From contig CAVQGX010000033.1 in NCBI GenBank assembly GCA_963712115.1, positions 120,001-184,000 of the forward strand: 64,000 nt of DNA, read 5' to 3'. Under the pieces are notes generated by a model, which was not told the origin of the DNA, did no database searches, and saw nothing but the letters and a program-made list of their open reading frames with translations. Every line of letters begins with the position of its first letter. Position 1 is the stretch's first letter. A program made the position numbers and the translations under genes. This document shows, one piece after another, positions 23,235 through 36,314 of the stretch. Source of the stretch: an uncultured delta proteobacterium. Its GTDB lineage: Bacteria > Desulfobacterota > Syntrophobacteria > BM002.

Positions 23235-23386
23235 AAATCCGAATATCGAAATTCGAAACAAATTCAAATTTCCAAAATCCAAATGTTCAAAACTTTTAGT
23301 TTCAAGACTCAGTTTCCCTTGTTTTGAGCCTTGGAAAATTTGAATTTTGGATTTGTTTCGTGCTTCGTGCTTAGGATTTCGAATTT
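23235..23386. repeat. Long imperfect palindromic element, AAATCCGAA...TTCGAATTT family
   Basis: Left arm aaatccgaatatcgaaattcgaaacaaattc pairs with right arm gaattttggatttgtttcgtgcttcgtgcttaggatttcgaattt; homologous to 29137-29331. Confidence 0.85.
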
Positions 23387-23460
23387 GAGCCTTCCGTTAT
23401 GTTTCCTTCGTTAGTTGCCCATACAGCCTGGCCTACCGATTCGGCAACCAGTGCCGGTGT

Positions 23461-23955
<495 letters not shown>

Positions 23956-23977
23956 CTAACCCCTCTCAACCTCTCCT

Positions 23978-24171
23978 AGCCCGCAGATTTCATGAATTGC
24001 TGTTGGCGAGACCTCGAAGATGGCCGTGCCACCGGGCAACCGTCCCGCGGTTCCGCGGGATTGGTCCCGAGGCGTACCTGATTGGTACGTCGCAGGGGCC
24101 GACTCCCGAGGACGCCGGGGAGGACGGCCATATCCGTGGTCGCAGCAGGTGATTCATGAAATCTCCGGGCT
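23978..24171. mobile_element. MITE family A, full copy between rpsL and rpsG
   Basis: 20-bp TIRs agcccgcagatttcatgaat / attcatgaaatctccgggct (1 mismatch); internal hairpins; homologous to the reverse complement of 43572-43768. Confidence 0.85.
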
Positions 24172-24260
24172 CTCGACCAGGAGACTTTGTGGGCTGCTAC
24201 ATGAGATGGGCCACGGCTATATGCCCATGGCCCATGCTATGGTGACCTCTCACCTACTGG

Positions 24261-24632
24261 TTACTTGGGTTTCTTTGCTCCGTACTTAGAACGACCTTGG
24301 CGTCGATCTTGAACCCCAGTGGCGTCTAGCGTACCTCGGATGATATGGTAACGAACTCCTGGTAGGTCCTTTACCCGGCCACCTCGTATCAGAACCACCG
24401 AGTGCTCCTGAAGATTGTGGCCTACACCTGGAATATAGGAAGTTACTTCAATACCATTGGTTAATCGCACCCTAGCGATCTTGCGGAGCGCTGAATTGGG
24501 TTTCTTTGGGGTTGTGGTGTAAACTCGCACACACACGCCACGCTTCTGTGGACACCCCTGCAGAGCCGGTGTGCTCTTTTTCTGCCTAACCCGAGTTCTT
24601 CCCTTTCGAACCAATTGATTGATCGTGGGCAT
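24261..24632 (-). CDS. rpsL: 30S ribosomal protein S12
   Basis: [32 protein letters not shown]. Confidence 0.99.
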   Translation of the reverse strand: MPTINQLVRKGRTRVRQKKSTPALQGCPQKRGVCVRVYTTTPKKPNSALRKIARVRLTNGIEVTSYIPGVGHNLQEHSVVLIRGGRVKDLPGVRYHIIRGTLDATGVQDRRQGRSKYGAKKPK

Positions 24633-24704
24633 AATACCTAAGTCTCACTTACTGATAAATTACATTCCTGTGAAGCCGATAACCATCGGCACCAAAACCC
24701 TGCA

Positions 24705-24733
24705 AGATTACTTATCCATTTGCAATTTGTCAA
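24705..24733 (-). promoter_or_regulatory. Sigma70-type promoter of the str operon
   Basis: TTGACA-17 nt-TAATCT on the minus strand, about 70 nt upstream of rpsL. Confidence 0.7.
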
Positions 24734-24969
24734 GACCTTTTTATGCAGGAGTTTCCCTAAGAATATTTCTGTTACGCAGGCGACGGGAAAGCTACTCCAC
24801 AACGACCATATTCGCGTCATTTATTGGCAGAGTCCCTGTTGAGGAAGCACCACATCTTCATGCAACCCCCTTCAAGGCTGAGATTCGTAAAGATCGGTTG
24901 CTCAGATGCTCGTTGTTTCGCAGCTTCCCCTTTTGGCCTTTGCTGCTGACTGCTTACCGCTCACTCTTA

Positions 24970-27900
24970 TTAAGATCCTGCCGCTTCCTCCTGTCCGCCC
25001 GACAGCAATTCCCTATATTTTTTAAGGCCTGATCCGGCAGGAATCAGCCTTCCCATGATCACGTTCTCTTTGAGGCCTCGCAAAAAGTCCACCCTGCCGG
25101 CCACTGCCGCGTCAGTGAGCACCTTGGTAGTCTCTTGAAATGAGGCAGCCGAGATAAAGCTCTCAGTGCTCAAGGATGCCTTAGTGATTCCAAGGAGGAG
25201 AGGCTCGCCCACTGCGGGCTTATTGCCTTCCTCCAGCAATTTCTGGTTGGCTTCCTCGAAACGGTACTTTTCTACATGCTCACCCATGAGAAAATCTGAG
25301 TCCCCTGGGTCGGTAATTCTTACCCGCTTGAGCATTTGGCGAACAATTACCTCGATGTGTTTGTCGTTAATCTTGACCCCCTGCAGCCGGTATACCTGTT
25401 GGACCTCGTCCACCAGATACTTGGCCAATTCCTTTTCACCCAAAATATTGAGAATGTCATGGGGGTTTGCAGCGCCATCCATGAGGGCCTCACCCGCTCG
25501 TACCAGGTCACCCTCATGGACACTGATGTGCTTGCCCTTGGGGATCAAGTATTCCTTGTTATCTCCAATCTCAGGGGTAATAACCACTTTGCGCTTGCCC
25601 TTGGTGTCCTTGCCGAAGGAGACCACACCGCCGATCTCACTGATCACCGCTTGCTCCTTTGGCTTGCGGACCTCAAAAAGCTCAGCCACCCTGGGCAGAC
25701 CACCAGTGATGTCTTTGGTCTTGGTGGTCTCCCGTGGGATCTTAGCCAAAACATCTCCGGCCGATACTTCGTCTCCCTCGGTAATCATAATAATCGCACC
25801 CAAGGGCATGAAGTAGCGCGCGACACTTTTACCTACCTTGGCCGTCTTACCAGCTTTGTCCTTGATGGAAACACGCGGCCTCACATCTGTTTCTCTGAAT
25901 TCCACTATCACTTTACTGGACTTACCAGTAACCGGGTCAACTTTCTCCTGCATGGTTACGCCCTCGACTATGTCGCCGAATTTCACCGTACCGGAGACCT
26001 CAGTGAGGATAGGAGTTGTGAAGGGATCCCACTCAGCAAGCAAGGTGCCCCCCTCCACCTCCTGGCCATCGGTAACTTTCAGTTTAGCGCCGTAAATAAT
26101 CTGGTAGCGTTCACGCTCGCGCCCCCCTTCGGCAACAATTGTAATTTCACCGTTGCGGTTCATCACCACCAGGTCCCCGTCCACGTTGCGAACCGTGTTG
26201 AGGTTGACATATTTCACAGTGCCCGGGAGGCGGTTGCTGACTGAAGTCTGCTCAATCCTTTTGCTGGCCGTTCCACCGATATGAAAAGTACGCATGGTGA
26301 GCTGGGTGCCGGGCTCACCAATGGACTGGGCGGCGATGATGCCGATTGCTTCACCAATCTCCACCATTCGGCCGTGGGCAAGATCGCGACCGTAGCACTT
26401 TATACAAGCTCCGCGCCTGCTCCGACATGTAAGGACCGATCGAATAGGGATCCGCTCCAGACCAGCCTCCTCAATCCTTACTACTGCTTGCTCGTCGATC
26501 TCCTCGTTGGCCTCGACCAAGACTTCGTCGGTGATGGGATCTTTTATGTCTTCCAGGACCACGCGACCCAAAATACGTTCGCTCAACCGCTGGATAATCT
26601 CACCTGCCTCTGTAAGTGCTTCCACCCAGATGCCGTCGATGGTGCCACAGTCTTCCTCGTTGACGATGGAGTCCTGGGCCACATCAACCAATCTTCGGGT
26701 CAGATAGCCGGAGTTGGCAGTCTTCAAAGCTGTATCTGCCAACCCTTTTCTAGCTCCGTGGGTGGAAACGAAGTACTGTAAAACAGTGAGACCTTCGCGG
26801 AAGTTTGCGGTAATGGGGGTTTCGATAATCTCACCCGATGGCTTTGCCATGAGGCCACGCATGCCAGAGAGCTGGCGCATCTGGTCTTTGCTACCCCTAG
26901 ATCCCGAGTCGGCCATCATGAAGATGGGATTGAAAGACGGCATCACCTCAGCCTCCCCTTCAGGGCCGACCAGATTCTCCGTAGCAATTTCGTGCATCAT
27001 CTCCCCGGCAATGTCCTCGGTGGCCTTGGCCCAAATGTCTACCACCTTATTGTACTTCTCACCGTCGGTTATGAGACCTTCGTTATACTGCCTTTCGATC
27101 TCACGGATGTTTTCTGTGGCCTTCTGAATAATGCTTTGTTTTTCCGATGGTATAACCATGTCGGAAACAGCAATGGAAACACCCGACTGAGTAGCAAATT
27201 TGTAGCCTATGTCTTTGATACGGTCGGCCAGAATCACTGTCCTTTTTACCCCGGCCGTACGGTAGCTATGATCGAAAAGCTCGGCCAAAGCCCGCTTGTT
27301 CATAACCTTATTAATTAGCTCGAAAGGAAGCTCGTCTGGCACGATTTCAGAAAGCAATACCCTGCCAGTAGTGGTGTCTACCCGAGTACCGTTCATGCGG
27401 ACCGAGATCCGGGCATGGAGATCCAACTCTCCCGCATCAAAGGCGCAACGCACTTCGTCGGCATTGGCAAAGACCTTTTTATCGCCTTTGGCAAAGGGTT
27501 TTTCTCTTGTCATGTAATAGATGCCGAGCACAATGTCCTGACTAGGCACAATAATGGGCTCTCCATGGGCCGGGCTTAAGATGTTGTTAGTGCTCATCAT
27601 CAGTACCCGCGCCTCTATCTGAGCTTCAATGGAAAGTGGTATATGCACGGCCATCTGATCCCCGTCGAAATCGGCATTGAAGGCAGCACAAACCAGGGGA
27701 TGGATCTGAATAGCCTTGCCTTCTATCAGTATGGGTTCGAAGGCCTGGATACCCAGCCGATGCAGGGTTGGGGCGCGATTCAGCATTACGGGGTATTCTT
27801 TGACCACCTCATCCAGACAGTCCCAAACCTCGGGAGTTTCCTTCTCAACCATCTTCTTGGCGCTCTTGATAGTGGTGACATAGCCGCGCTCTTCCAGTTT

Positions 27901-29049
27901 GTTGTAAATGAACGGTTTGAAAAGTTCTAGGGCCATTTTCTTGGGAATGCCACACTGGTGGAGGCGCAAATCGGGACCGATTACAATAACAGAACGCCCA
28001 GAGTAGTCCACTCGCTTACCTAGGAGATTCTGGCGAAATCTTCCCTGCTTGCCTTTAAGCATGTCAGAAAGCGACTTCAGTGGTCTTTTGTTTGGACCAG
28101 TAATGGTCTTGCCTCGTCGGCCGTTGTCGAACAAAACATCCACGGCTTCCTGCAGCATTCGCTTCTCATTGCGGATAATGATCTCGGGCGCGTTTAACTC
28201 CTGCAAGCGCCGCAGGCGGTTGTTACGATTAATGACCCTGCGGTAGAGGTCGTTAAGGTCACTGGTAGCAAAGCGCCCACCATCAAGAGGGACGAGGGGA
28301 CGCAAATCGGGAGGCAGCACCGGGATAACCTCGAGGACCATCCACTCCGGCTGATTTCCCGAATCCCTGAATGCGTTTACCACCTTGAGTCGTTTGGCCA
28401 ACTTCTTCCGTTTGGCAACAGAGTTGGTTTTACTGATCTCCTGCCGCAGTTCATCGGCAAGCTCTTCCAGGTTTATATCCGCCAAAAGTTCCTTTACGGC
28501 TTCGGCACCGATTCCCACCCTGAAACTAGTACCGTATTGTTCACGCAATTGCCGATACCGCTCTTCACTCAGCAACTCGTTCTTATTCAGGGGTGTGTCC
28601 CCTATATCGATTACAATGTAACTGTCGAAATAAAGTACCTTTTCCAGTTCTTTTAGGGTTAGGTCCAACAGATTGCCCACCTTGCTCGGTAAACTCTTGA
28701 GAAACCATATATGGGCAACAGGCGCTGCCAACTCAATGTGGCCCATGCGTTCTCGCCGCACCTTGGATTGAATTACCTCGACACCACACTTTTCGCAGAC
28801 CACCCCACGATGTTTCATCCGTTTGTACTTGCCACAATTACACTCATAGTCCTTTGTTGGCCCGAATATCTTGGCACAAAAAAGTCCGTCGCGTTCGGGC
28901 TTGAAAGTCCGATAATTGATAGTCTCTGGTTTCTTGATCTCTCCGTATGACCATTCCCTGATTTTCTCCGGCGAGGCCAAGGAGATACGAACAGCATTAA
29001 AGCTCAAAGGATCTTTGGGACGAACGAAAAGGTTGTACAGCTCTTTCAC
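24970..29049 (-). CDS. rpoC: RNA polymerase beta' subunit
   Basis: [44 protein letters not shown]. Confidence 0.99.
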   Translation of the reverse strand: MKELYNLFVRPKDPLSFNAVRISLASPEKIREWSYGEIKKPETINYRTFKPERDGLFCAKIFGPTKDYECNCGKYKRMKHRGVVCEKCGVEVIQSKVRRERMGHIELAAPVAHIWFLKSLPSKVGNLLDLTLKELEKVLYFDSYIVIDIGDTPLNKNELLSEERYRQLREQYGTSFRVGIGAEAVKELLADINLEELADELRQEISKTNSVAKRKKLAKRLKVVNAFRDSGNQPEWMVLEVIPVLPPDLRPLVPLDGGRFATSDLNDLYRRVINRNNRLRRLQELNAPEIIIRNEKRMLQEAVDVLFDNGRRGKTITGPNKRPLKSLSDMLKGKQGRFRQNLLGKRVDYSGRSVIVIGPDLRLHQCGIPKKMALELFKPFIYNKLEERGYVTTIKSAKKMVEKETPEVWDCLDEVVKEYPVMLNRAPTLHRLGIQAFEPILIEGKAIQIHPLVCAAFNADFDGDQMAVHIPLSIEAQIEARVLMMSTNNILSPAHGEPIIVPSQDIVLGIYYMTREKPFAKGDKKVFANADEVRCAFDAGELDLHARISVRMNGTRVDTTTGRVLLSEIVPDELPFELINKVMNKRALAELFDHSYRTAGVKRTVILADRIKDIGYKFATQSGVSIAVSDMVIPSEKQSIIQKATENIREIERQYNEGLITDGEKYNKVVDIWAKATEDIAGEMMHEIATENLVGPEGEAEVMPSFNPIFMMADSGSRGSKDQMRQLSGMRGLMAKPSGEIIETPITANFREGLTVLQYFVSTHGARKGLADTALKTANSGYLTRRLVDVAQDSIVNEEDCGTIDGIWVEALTEAGEIIQRLSERILGRVVLEDIKDPITDEVLVEANEEIDEQAVVRIEEAGLERIPIRSVLTCRSRRGACIKCYGRDLAHGRMVEIGEAIGIIAAQSIGEPGTQLTMRTFHIGGTASKRIEQTSVSNRLPGTVKYVNLNTVRNVDGDLVVMNRNGEITIVAEGGRERERYQIIYGAKLKVTDGQEVEGGTLLAEWDPFTTPILTEVSGTVKFGDIVEGVTMQEKVDPVTGKSSKVIVEFRETDVRPRVSIKDKAGKTAKVGKSVARYFMPLGAIIMITEGDEVSAGDVLAKIPRETTKTKDITGGLPRVAELFEVRKPKEQAVISEIGGVVSFGKDTKGKRKVVITPEIGDNKEYLIPKGKHISVHEGDLVRAGEALMDGAANPHDILNILGEKELAKYLVDEVQQVYRLQGVKINDKHIEVIVRQMLKRVRITDPGDSDFLMGEHVEKYRFEEANQKLLEEGNKPAVGEPLLLGITKASLSTESFISAASFQETTKVLTDAAVAGRVDFLRGLKENVIMGRLIPAGSGLKKYRELLSGGQEEAAGS

Positions 29050-29136
29050 TGCAACCTCCTTAAGGAGACCGCGCTCCTTATATTGTGGTTTTGCCCATCA
29101 AACCTGGGCACCGGATATTGAATCCAACCTATTTCT

Positions 29137-29331
29137 AAATCCGAAATCCAAATATCGAAATCCCAAACAAATTCCAATTCTCAAAATCCCAATGACCAAA
29201 ACTAAGAATCCAAGCGCTGAATCATGTTTGGTACATTTGAATTTACTATTTCGGATTTGTTTAGTGCTTCGTGCTTCGAAACCGGGGCCCCGCCCGTAGG
29301 GTGGGGAGTCCGGAGGACCAATTTCGAATTT
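29137..29331. repeat. Long palindromic element (same family as 23235) carrying a nested GC-rich insert of about 39 bp
   Basis: Same arms as 23235-23386, with accggggccccgcccgtagggtggggagtccggaggacc at 29281-29319. Confidence 0.85.
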
Positions 29332-29396
29332 CAGATACCTCACTCGCCTTAACAAACTTTGTCTAGATGACGTTAAAATGATCTGCCTGATGTTGT

Positions 29397-32300
29397 TTAA
29401 TTATCGACGTCTTCTAAAAGTCTTACATCCAAGCCTAGTGCCTGGAGTTCCTTTACTAGTACATTGAAAGATTCCGGCAACCCAGCCTCGAGTGTATTGT
29501 CACCCTTGACGATTTTCTCATACATGCGGGTCCTGCCAGCCACGTCGTCGGATTTGACTGTCAAGAATTCCTGAAGAGCATAAGCAGCGCCGTAAGCCTC
29601 CATAGCCCAAACTTCCATCTCACCCAAACGCTGCCCACCAAATTGCGCTTTACCGCCCAATGGTTGCTGGGTTACCAGCGAGTAGGGACCAATGGAGCGG
29701 GCGTGCAGCTTGTCATCCACCAAATGGTGCAACTTCATCATGTACATGATCCCCACGGTAACCTTACTGTCGAAGGGCTCACCAGTACGGCCGTCATGCA
29801 GGGTGGCCTGCCCCAGTTCGGGAAGTCCACCTTCCTTAAGAAAGTGCCGGATCTCTTCTTCTTCAGCACCATCAAAAACCGGGCTGGCCAGGTGAAACCC
29901 TTCACGGTAGTGGGGGATAAGACTTCTGAGATCGCTCTCGTCTGCGTCGGCAAAATACTCCTCAAATTCCACCTTGGAGTGGAGCCGCTGGAGTTTCGCC
30001 ATTATATCCTCCCGGCTCTTGTATTCTTCAATCAGTCGAGCCAGTTGTTCGCCGATCCCTTTAGCCGCCCAGCCTAGGTGGGTCTCTAAAACTTGACCCA
30101 CATTCATACGGGAAGGCACGCCAAGAGGATTAAGGACAATGTCAACCGGAGTGCCATCTTCAAAATATGGCATATCCTCCTCTGGCAGCACCCGGCTAAC
30201 CACCCCCTTATTGCCGTGGCGACCGGCCATCTTGTCTCCCACCGACAGCTTGCGCTTAACAGCCAGGTAGACCTTGACCATTTTGATGACCCCTGGGGGC
30301 AGTTCGTCTCCCTTTTTGAGCTTGGATATTTTGTCTTCGAAGACCATTTGCACCAATTCGATCTGTTCGTGGTAGTTTTCCCATATCGCTCGAACTTGTG
30401 CCGTCGCCTCTGGTTTCCCCTGAACCTCAAGATCCATCCACTGGCCGGGTGGCAGCTGGGCTAGAATCTCTCCATCAAATGCACCGCCCTTTTTGATTAA
30501 AGTCTTTTTGCCTTCTTTGACCGGCTTGGCTGATTTCTTACCCCCAAGCAAACGCTCGAGTTTTCTCAGCGCGCTTTTCTTGATTATCTTGATTTCATCG
30601 CGCTGATCTTTTAGCAACCGAGCTATTTCCTCGTCTTCAATAGACTTGGTTCGCTCATCCTTATCGACACCCTTGCGAGAAAAGACCTTGGCATCTATAA
30701 CTATCCCCTCCACACCCGGCGGTACCCTGAGAGAGGTGTCTTTCACATCACCGGCCTTCTCACCGAAAATGGCCCTGAGCAGCTTTTCCTCTGGGGTGAG
30801 TTGGGTCTCACCCTTCGGGGTTACCTTGCCCACTAATATGTCACCAGTATTGACTGTGGCACCGACCCGGATGATCCCACTTTCGTCAAGGTTGCGTAAT
30901 GCTTCCTCACCTATATTGGGGATGTCGCGGGTGATTTCTTCCTTCCCTAACTTGGTGTCCCGTGCTACCAACTCAAACTCTTCAATGTGGACGGAAGTGA
31001 AGATGTCCTCTTTAACCACCCTCTCGCTAACCAGAATTGAATCCTCGAAGTTGTATCCACCCCAACTCATAAAAGCCACAGTTACATTTCTTCCCAAAGC
31101 CAGTTCACCCGTCTCGGTGGCCGGACCATCCGCAATAATCTGACCCTTTTCCACCTTTTGCCCTGGGCGCACGATGGGTTTTTGGTTGAAACAGGTGTTC
31201 TGGTTGGAGCGTTGGAACTTAGTTACCTTGTAAATATCCACTGCAGAGGCGAGTGATTGCTCCTCGCCGTCATCCTGGGACGCTCGGACAACAATCCGGG
31301 ATGCGTCAACGTCTTCCACGATCCCATCGCGTCGGGCAATGACGGTAACACCTGAATCTTTGGCCACCACTCTCTCAATACCAGTTCCCACGATCGGCGA
31401 CTTGCACCTCAGCAGGGGCACAGCCTGCCGCTGCATGTTGGAGCCCATCAGCGCCCTGTTGGCGTCATCGTTTTCCAGAAATGGAATGAGAGACGCCGCC
31501 ACGCTCACTAACTGGTTGGGACTAACGTCCATGAATTCAACCTCATTAGGAGGCGTCATGACAAATTCGCCCTCACGTCTACAGGAAACAAGATCCCGGA
31601 CGAATTTGTTCTTCTTGTCCAGAGGGGCATTGGCCTGGGCAAATGCATGCTCCTTTTCATCCATGGCGCTCAAGTACGCCACATTGCTGGATACCTTGCC
31701 ATCTGCCACCTCCCGATAGGGTGTCTCGATAAAGCCAAACTCATTTACCCGAGCGTAGGTACTTAAAGAGACAATTAGCCCAATGTTGGGGCCTTCTGGG
31801 GTCTCAATGGGGCATATGCGCCCATAATGAGTAGGATGGACGTCGCGTACCTCGAAACCTGCACGCTCGCGCGTGAGTCCTCCGGGACCGAGGGCGCTAA
31901 GTCTCCTCTTGTGAGTGATCTCGCTCAGTGGATTGGTCTGGTCCATGAACTGGCTTAGCTGGCTGGTACCGAAAAACTCCTTGACCACCGCTGATACCGG
32001 TTTGGCATTGATAAGATCGTGGGGCATGAGAGTCTCGATCTCTTGGAGACTCATGCGCTCTTTGATTGCCCTTTCCATTCGAACCAAGCCAATGCGGTAC
32101 TGGTTCTCCAATAGTTCACCAACTGCACGCACTCGCCGGTTCCCTAGATTATCAATGTCATCCACCGCTCCCTGGGTGTCTTTGATTTTGATCAGCTTTT
32201 TCACCGCCCGCAGGATGTCCTCCTTAGTGAGGGTGCGGTGGCTGAGCGGCAACTCCTCGGTTCCCAGTTGTTGATTAAGCTTCAAGCGTCCAACTTCTGA

Positions 32301-33515
32301 TAGGTCGTATTGTTCGGGGCTGAAGAAAAGATTATTGAAGAACTCGGCTGCCACCTCAGGAGTGGGGGGATTACTCGGCCGTAGTTTACGATAAATCTCA
32401 AGAATCGCCGCTTCCGAATCTTCAACCTTATCCATCAAAAGGGTGTTGCGGAAGGAAGGACTGACATCACTGCCTTCCATGTGGAGTAAATCCAGATACT
32501 CGACGGAGCGAGCCCTCAAGGTGACCAAGTGCTCTTCGGTGATAGTTTCGTTACACTGGATGAGCACTTCTCCGGTGGTCTCATCCACTACATCCCTTCC
32601 CACTACTCGCCCTACCAGATTTTCATCTGGGAATGGAATCTCGGTAATAGCCGACTCTTTGAGCTGCTGAATAAGCTTGACTCCCAGCTTTCTTCCCTTT
32701 TTCACCAGGACCTTACCGCTTTTGGGATCATTAATATCAAGAGGTGCCCGGGCTCCCAGCATAAAGGCTTCGTCCAGAGGTTTCGTCACCCCATCATCTT
32801 TCAGGTAAACGCGCTCGGACCGGTAAAAGTAACCGAGCAATTCTTCAGGGCTGTAGCCCAATGCTCTGAGTAATATGGTGACTGGAAACTTCCGTCGACG
32901 ATCGATGCGGACGTAGAGGATATCTTTCGGATCGAACTCTAGATCGATCCAGGAGCCGCGCAAGGGGATAACCCTGGCAGAGTAGAGCAGCTTGCCGCTC
33001 GAATGGGTCTTGCCCTTGTCATGGTCGAAAAAGATACCTGGAGAGCGGTGCAACTGACTAACCACCACCCTTTCGGTGCCATTGATGATGAAGGTGCCGT
33101 GGTCTGTCATTAAAGGTATGGTGCCGAAATAGATCTCCTGCTCTTTAATATCCCGAATATGTTTGGCACCAGTATCTTTATCAACGTCGTAAACGACCAG
33201 CCGCACCGTTATTTTTATTGGTGCCTCATAAGTCATTCCACGTTGCAAGCACTCTTCAACATCGTATTTGATGCCCCCGATGGTATAGCGGACAAACTCG
33301 AGGGAAGCTGTACCGCTAAAATCGCGGATAGGAAAGACCCCTTTAAAGACCCCTTGAAGACCCTTATCGATCCTTTCGTCGGGATCCACTTCCTGTTGAA
33401 GAAAACGTTCATAGGACTGCCTTTGCATTTCTATGAGATTGGGGATCTCCACTATTTTTCTGATCTTACCGAAATTCTTGCGGACTCGATAATCATTGGC
33501 CAATGAGGTTGCCAT
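29397..33515 (-). CDS. rpoB: RNA polymerase beta subunit
   Basis: [47 protein letters not shown]. Confidence 0.99.
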   Translation of the reverse strand: MATSLANDYRVRKNFGKIRKIVEIPNLIEMQRQSYERFLQQEVDPDERIDKGLQGVFKGVFPIRDFSGTASLEFVRYTIGGIKYDVEECLQRGMTYEAPIKITVRLVVYDVDKDTGAKHIRDIKEQEIYFGTIPLMTDHGTFIINGTERVVVSQLHRSPGIFFDHDKGKTHSSGKLLYSARVIPLRGSWIDLEFDPKDILYVRIDRRRKFPVTILLRALGYSPEELLGYFYRSERVYLKDDGVTKPLDEAFMLGARAPLDINDPKSGKVLVKKGRKLGVKLIQQLKESAITEIPFPDENLVGRVVGRDVVDETTGEVLIQCNETITEEHLVTLRARSVEYLDLLHMEGSDVSPSFRNTLLMDKVEDSEAAILEIYRKLRPSNPPTPEVAAEFFNNLFFSPEQYDLSEVGRLKLNQQLGTEELPLSHRTLTKEDILRAVKKLIKIKDTQGAVDDIDNLGNRRVRAVGELLENQYRIGLVRMERAIKERMSLQEIETLMPHDLINAKPVSAVVKEFFGTSQLSQFMDQTNPLSEITHKRRLSALGPGGLTRERAGFEVRDVHPTHYGRICPIETPEGPNIGLIVSLSTYARVNEFGFIETPYREVADGKVSSNVAYLSAMDEKEHAFAQANAPLDKKNKFVRDLVSCRREGEFVMTPPNEVEFMDVSPNQLVSVAASLIPFLENDDANRALMGSNMQRQAVPLLRCKSPIVGTGIERVVAKDSGVTVIARRDGIVEDVDASRIVVRASQDDGEEQSLASAVDIYKVTKFQRSNQNTCFNQKPIVRPGQKVEKGQIIADGPATETGELALGRNVTVAFMSWGGYNFEDSILVSERVVKEDIFTSVHIEEFELVARDTKLGKEEITRDIPNIGEEALRNLDESGIIRVGATVNTGDILVGKVTPKGETQLTPEEKLLRAIFGEKAGDVKDTSLRVPPGVEGIVIDAKVFSRKGVDKDERTKSIEDEEIARLLKDQRDEIKIIKKSALRKLERLLGGKKSAKPVKEGKKTLIKKGGAFDGEILAQLPPGQWMDLEVQGKPEATAQVRAIWENYHEQIELVQMVFEDKISKLKKGDELPPGVIKMVKVYLAVKRKLSVGDKMAGRHGNKGVVSRVLPEEDMPYFEDGTPVDIVLNPLGVPSRMNVGQVLETHLGWAAKGIGEQLARLIEEYKSREDIMAKLQRLHSKVEFEEYFADADESDLRSLIPHYREGFHLASPVFDGAEEEEIRHFLKEGGLPELGQATLHDGRTGEPFDSKVTVGIMYMMKLHHLVDDKLHARSIGPYSLVTQQPLGGKAQFGGQRLGEMEVWAMEAYGAAYALQEFLTVKSDDVAGRTRMYEKIVKGDNTLEAGLPESFNVLVKELQALGLDVRLLEDVDN

Positions 33516-33662
33516 ATTTTCTTCCCTTTGGCGCCAGCTCCGTCAACTAGCTTGGGGGTAGATGAATCACCCCAGGGAAGTGACGGAGGCGATGTTTCCG
33601 ACTCCTGGGCTAGCCAGGAGACGAAAACAAGCGGTTAAAGGCCTTTATTTGTTTAAAGATTC

Positions 33663-34070
33663 CTACTTTACCTCAACACTTGCCCCAGCCTCTTCCAGCT
33701 GCTTGACAATGTCGTCGGCTTCTTCTTTGGACACGCCTTCCTTTACATTGCCGGGCAAGGCATCCACCAGGGCCTTGGCTTCCTTCAAGCCCAGACCGGT
33801 GATAGACCGCACTACTTTAATGACCTGGATTTTCTTATCACCTACTCCGGTGATCACCACGTCAAATTCTGTCTTTTCTTCCTCAGCAGCTGCCTCAGCG
33901 CCACCTGCTGCAACTCCTGCCGGCATAGCCATTGGCATCGCAGCCATCGGTGTGGCTGCGGAAACTCCCAACTCCTCTTCCAGTTCTTTAACTAACTCGG
34001 CCAGCTCGAACACCGGCATGTTCTTAATGTATTCTTTGACATCGTCTTTGGTGATTTTCGCCTTTGCCAT
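33663..34070 (-). CDS. rplL: 50S ribosomal protein L7/L12
   Basis: [25 protein letters not shown]. Confidence 0.98.
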   Translation of the reverse strand: MAKAKITKDDVKEYIKNMPVFELAELVKELEEELGVSAATPMAAMPMAMPAGVAAGGAEAAAEEEKTEFDVVITGVGDKKIQVIKVVRSITGLGLKEAKALVDALPGNVKEGVSKEEADDIVKQLEEAGASVEVK

Positions 34071-34126
34071 GTTTTCACTCCTTAATCTATCTCTGTATCT
34101 TTTCGCACAGTCGCGGTTAATTCACT

Positions 34127-34684
34127 TCATGATGCTGATGTGGACTTCTGCTCGATGGCCTTAAGCACACCCAAAAGATTTCTAGGTACGGCAGCCAGTA
34201 ACCCGACAAAATCCCTAGGCACAGCATTCATGACACCCAGCAATCTAGACGGCAGCGTTGACATAATTCCCAACAGCTGAGCCTGGAGTACCTCTTTGGA
34301 AGGCAGCTGCACCAGTCGTTTCAGCTCCTCTTGCAGCATCAGCCTTCCAGCTAGTACCCCAGCCTTTACCTCCAGCTTTTGATTTTGCTTCGCATATTCC
34401 AGCAACAATTTGGCCGGAGTTATCTCGTCATCGTAACTAAAGGCCACGGCGTTGGGCCCAATAAGATAGTCCTTTAGGGGCGATGCCTCGGTATCTTTGA
34501 CAGCCAGGCGGATCAAGCTGTTTTTCACCACCCGGTATTCCACGCCCTCTTCTCTCAGTTTGTGGCGCAGCTCGGTAATTTCCAAGACCTTTAGGCCACG
34601 GTAATCCGTAAGGATTGCTGCCTTGGACCGCTCCAGCTTATCGCGGAGTTCGGCCACCACTGCTTCTTTCTCTTGCCTGTTCAA
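34127..34684 (-). CDS. rplJ: 50S ribosomal protein L10
   Basis: DYRGL, VVKNSL, LPSKEVL; lies between rplA and rplL. Confidence 0.97.
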   Translation of the reverse strand: MNRQEKEAVVAELRDKLERSKAAILTDYRGLKVLEITELRHKLREEGVEYRVVKNSLIRLAVKDTEASPLKDYLIGPNAVAFSYDDEITPAKLLLEYAKQNQKLEVKAGVLAGRLMLQEELKRLVQLPSKEVLQAQLLGIMSTLPSRLLGVMNAVPRDFVGLLAAVPRNLLGVLKAIEQKSTSAS

Positions 34685-34786
34685 AGCTCTTCTTCCCTCC
34701 TTTCCTCTGCCAGCGCGTCTTTAGATTTCATCTCTGACAAAGTCCATGGAAGGTGCCTGTCTCTCAGGGGCGGATTGCCTGTTCCA

Positions 34787-34895
34787 GTCTCGGTAGGCTG
34801 ACCCAGAGTCAATTATCCCCATGCCAAACCCAAAAGCCCTTAGTTTCTTTGTCTCGTCTGGCTTTCAGGCAGGCAAGGCACCTACTGTCTCTGAC
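34787..34895 (-). ncRNA. Ribosomal protein L10 leader (autogenous control RNA)
   Basis: Minus strand GTCAGAGACAGTAGG...ATAAT...CCTACCGAGAC upstream of rplJ resembles the L10-leader kink-turn stem (GAC.GYAGG...CCURCCGAG). Confidence 0.65.
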
Positions 34896-34929
34896 CAATC
34901 AAAGCGTCGCCGAGGCAGTCAGTTTTGTT

Positions 34930-35105
34930 ATTTCGGATTGCGGATTGCGGATTGCGGATTGAGTATGTAACTCGAAGGCTAAATTAGAATTCCGCATTCC
35001 CCGTTCCCAAATCCGCAATGGATTACTCCATTACTCCAGCTTTCTCCTGCTTACTGCTCACTGCTTACTGCTCACTGCTTACTGCTTACTGCTTACTGCT
35101 TACTA
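34930..35105. repeat. Composite array: (GCGGATT)n inverted pair, an octamer, and about 8 copies of CTGCTYA
   Basis: ttcggattgcggattgcggattgcggattg ... aattccgcattcc..aaatccgcaat; ctgcttactgctcactgcttactgctcactgcttactgcttactgcttactgctta. Confidence 0.88.
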
Positions 35106-35109
35106 AATC

Positions 35110-35814
35110 TTATGTCAGCAATACCTTCAGAGTACCAGGATCGATCTTGATTCCCGGTCCCATGGTTGTGGAGATGGCAATGGTGCGTATATAGGTACCC
35201 TTGCTAGCTGATGGTTTAAGGCGCATGATGGTATCCATAAATGTCGCGACATTTTCCAGAATCTTGTCCGCCCCAAACGAAACCCTGCCAACAGGAGCGT
35301 GGACTATGCCGGACTTCTCCACGCGAAAATCGATTTTTCCAGACTTGATTTCTCTAATAACCTTACCAAGGTCGAAGGTTACCGTACCCAATTTGGCATT
35401 GGGCATAAGCCCTCGGGGACCCAGGATCTTTCCTATTTTGCCCACAGCCCCCATCATGTCCGGGGTGGCCACGGTCTTATCAAAATCAAGCCATCCCCCT
35501 TGTATCTTGGTGATGAGTTCATCTCCGCCAGCATAATCCGCACCCGCCTCAAGTGCCTCCTTCTCTTTTTCCCCTTTGGCAAAGGCCAGGACTCTGACCG
35601 ATTTTCCCGTACCATTGGGGAGCACCACTGTGCCGCGTACCATTTGGTCCGCCCGGCGTGGATCTACCCCGAGACGAACAGCCAAGTCAACGCTCTCATC
35701 GAAGCGGGCATAGGCACATTCTAGAACAAGCTTAACACCCTCGGAAAAGTCATAGCGCTTGGCAAGATCAAGTTCTTCTTTGGATTTCTTGTACTTTTTT
35801 CCTCTCCTAGTCAT
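35110..35814 (-). CDS. rplA: 50S ribosomal protein L1
   Basis: [29 protein letters not shown]. Confidence 0.98.
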   Translation of the reverse strand: MTRRGKKYKKSKEELDLAKRYDFSEGVKLVLECAYARFDESVDLAVRLGVDPRRADQMVRGTVVLPNGTGKSVRVLAFAKGEKEKEALEAGADYAGGDELITKIQGGWLDFDKTVATPDMMGAVGKIGKILGPRGLMPNAKLGTVTFDLGKVIREIKSGKIDFRVEKSGIVHAPVGRVSFGADKILENVATFMDTIMRLKPSASKGTYIRTIAISTTMGPGIKIDPGTLKVLLT

Positions 35815-35829
35815 ACTGCCTCTCCAAAC

Positions 35830-36252
35830 CTACTCGATTGTAATTCCCATACTTCTAGCGGTTCCCTCGATGATTTTGACCGCAGCCTCCAGGGTCGAAG
35901 TATTAAGGTCTGGCATTTTAAGCCGGGCAATCTCCTCAACTTGCTTTCGATTAACCTGACCTACTTTCTCGCGGTTGGGTTCGCTGGATCCTTTGGCAAT
36001 TTTGGCGGCCTTCTTCAGCAATACCGCCGCAGGAGGCGTTTTAGTCACGTAGGTAAAGGAACGATCCGCAAAAACCGTAATCACTACTGGTATGATCATT
36101 CCCTCCTGTCCCTGAGTTTGCGCATTAAAGGATTTGCAGAATTCCATAATGTTCACCCCGTGCTGTCCCAAAGCGGGGCCGATGGGGGGTGATGGGTTGG
36201 CTTGGCCTGCGGGAACCTGCAATTTAATATTGGCTATAACCTTTTTCGCCAT
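35830..36252 (-). CDS. rplK: 50S ribosomal protein L11
   Basis: [26 protein letters not shown]. Confidence 0.98.
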   Translation of the reverse strand: MAKKVIANIKLQVPAGQANPSPPIGPALGQHGVNIMEFCKSFNAQTQGQEGMIIPVVITVFADRSFTYVTKTPPAAVLLKKAAKIAKGSSEPNREKVGQVNRKQVEEIARLKMPDLNTSTLEAAVKIIEGTARSMGITIE

Positions 36253-36314
36253 GTTTCGTCTCTCCTATGAATCCAGCAACCCAGGCGGGTGCACTGTGAC
36301 GTTTAGGACCTCGT

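Noticed and set aside
24020-24289. Similar ORFs MAVPPGNRPAVPRDW... here and at 43597-43836 (-)
   Set aside because: Both lie in MITE A. By manual comparison nearly all differences are non-synonymous and the stops differ, so there is no sign of coding selection.
29098-29355. ORFs over repeat blocks (also 34753-34962 and 51141-51392)
   Set aside because: Translations of periodic repeats with no RBS or family motif.
24970-33515. Inteins or introns in rpoB/rpoC
   Set aside because: Lengths are normal and no splicing motifs or frame breaks were seen.
35047-35105. CRISPR interpretation of this and other arrays
   Set aside because: Units are 7-9 nt without 25-45 nt unique spacers, and no cas genes are present.
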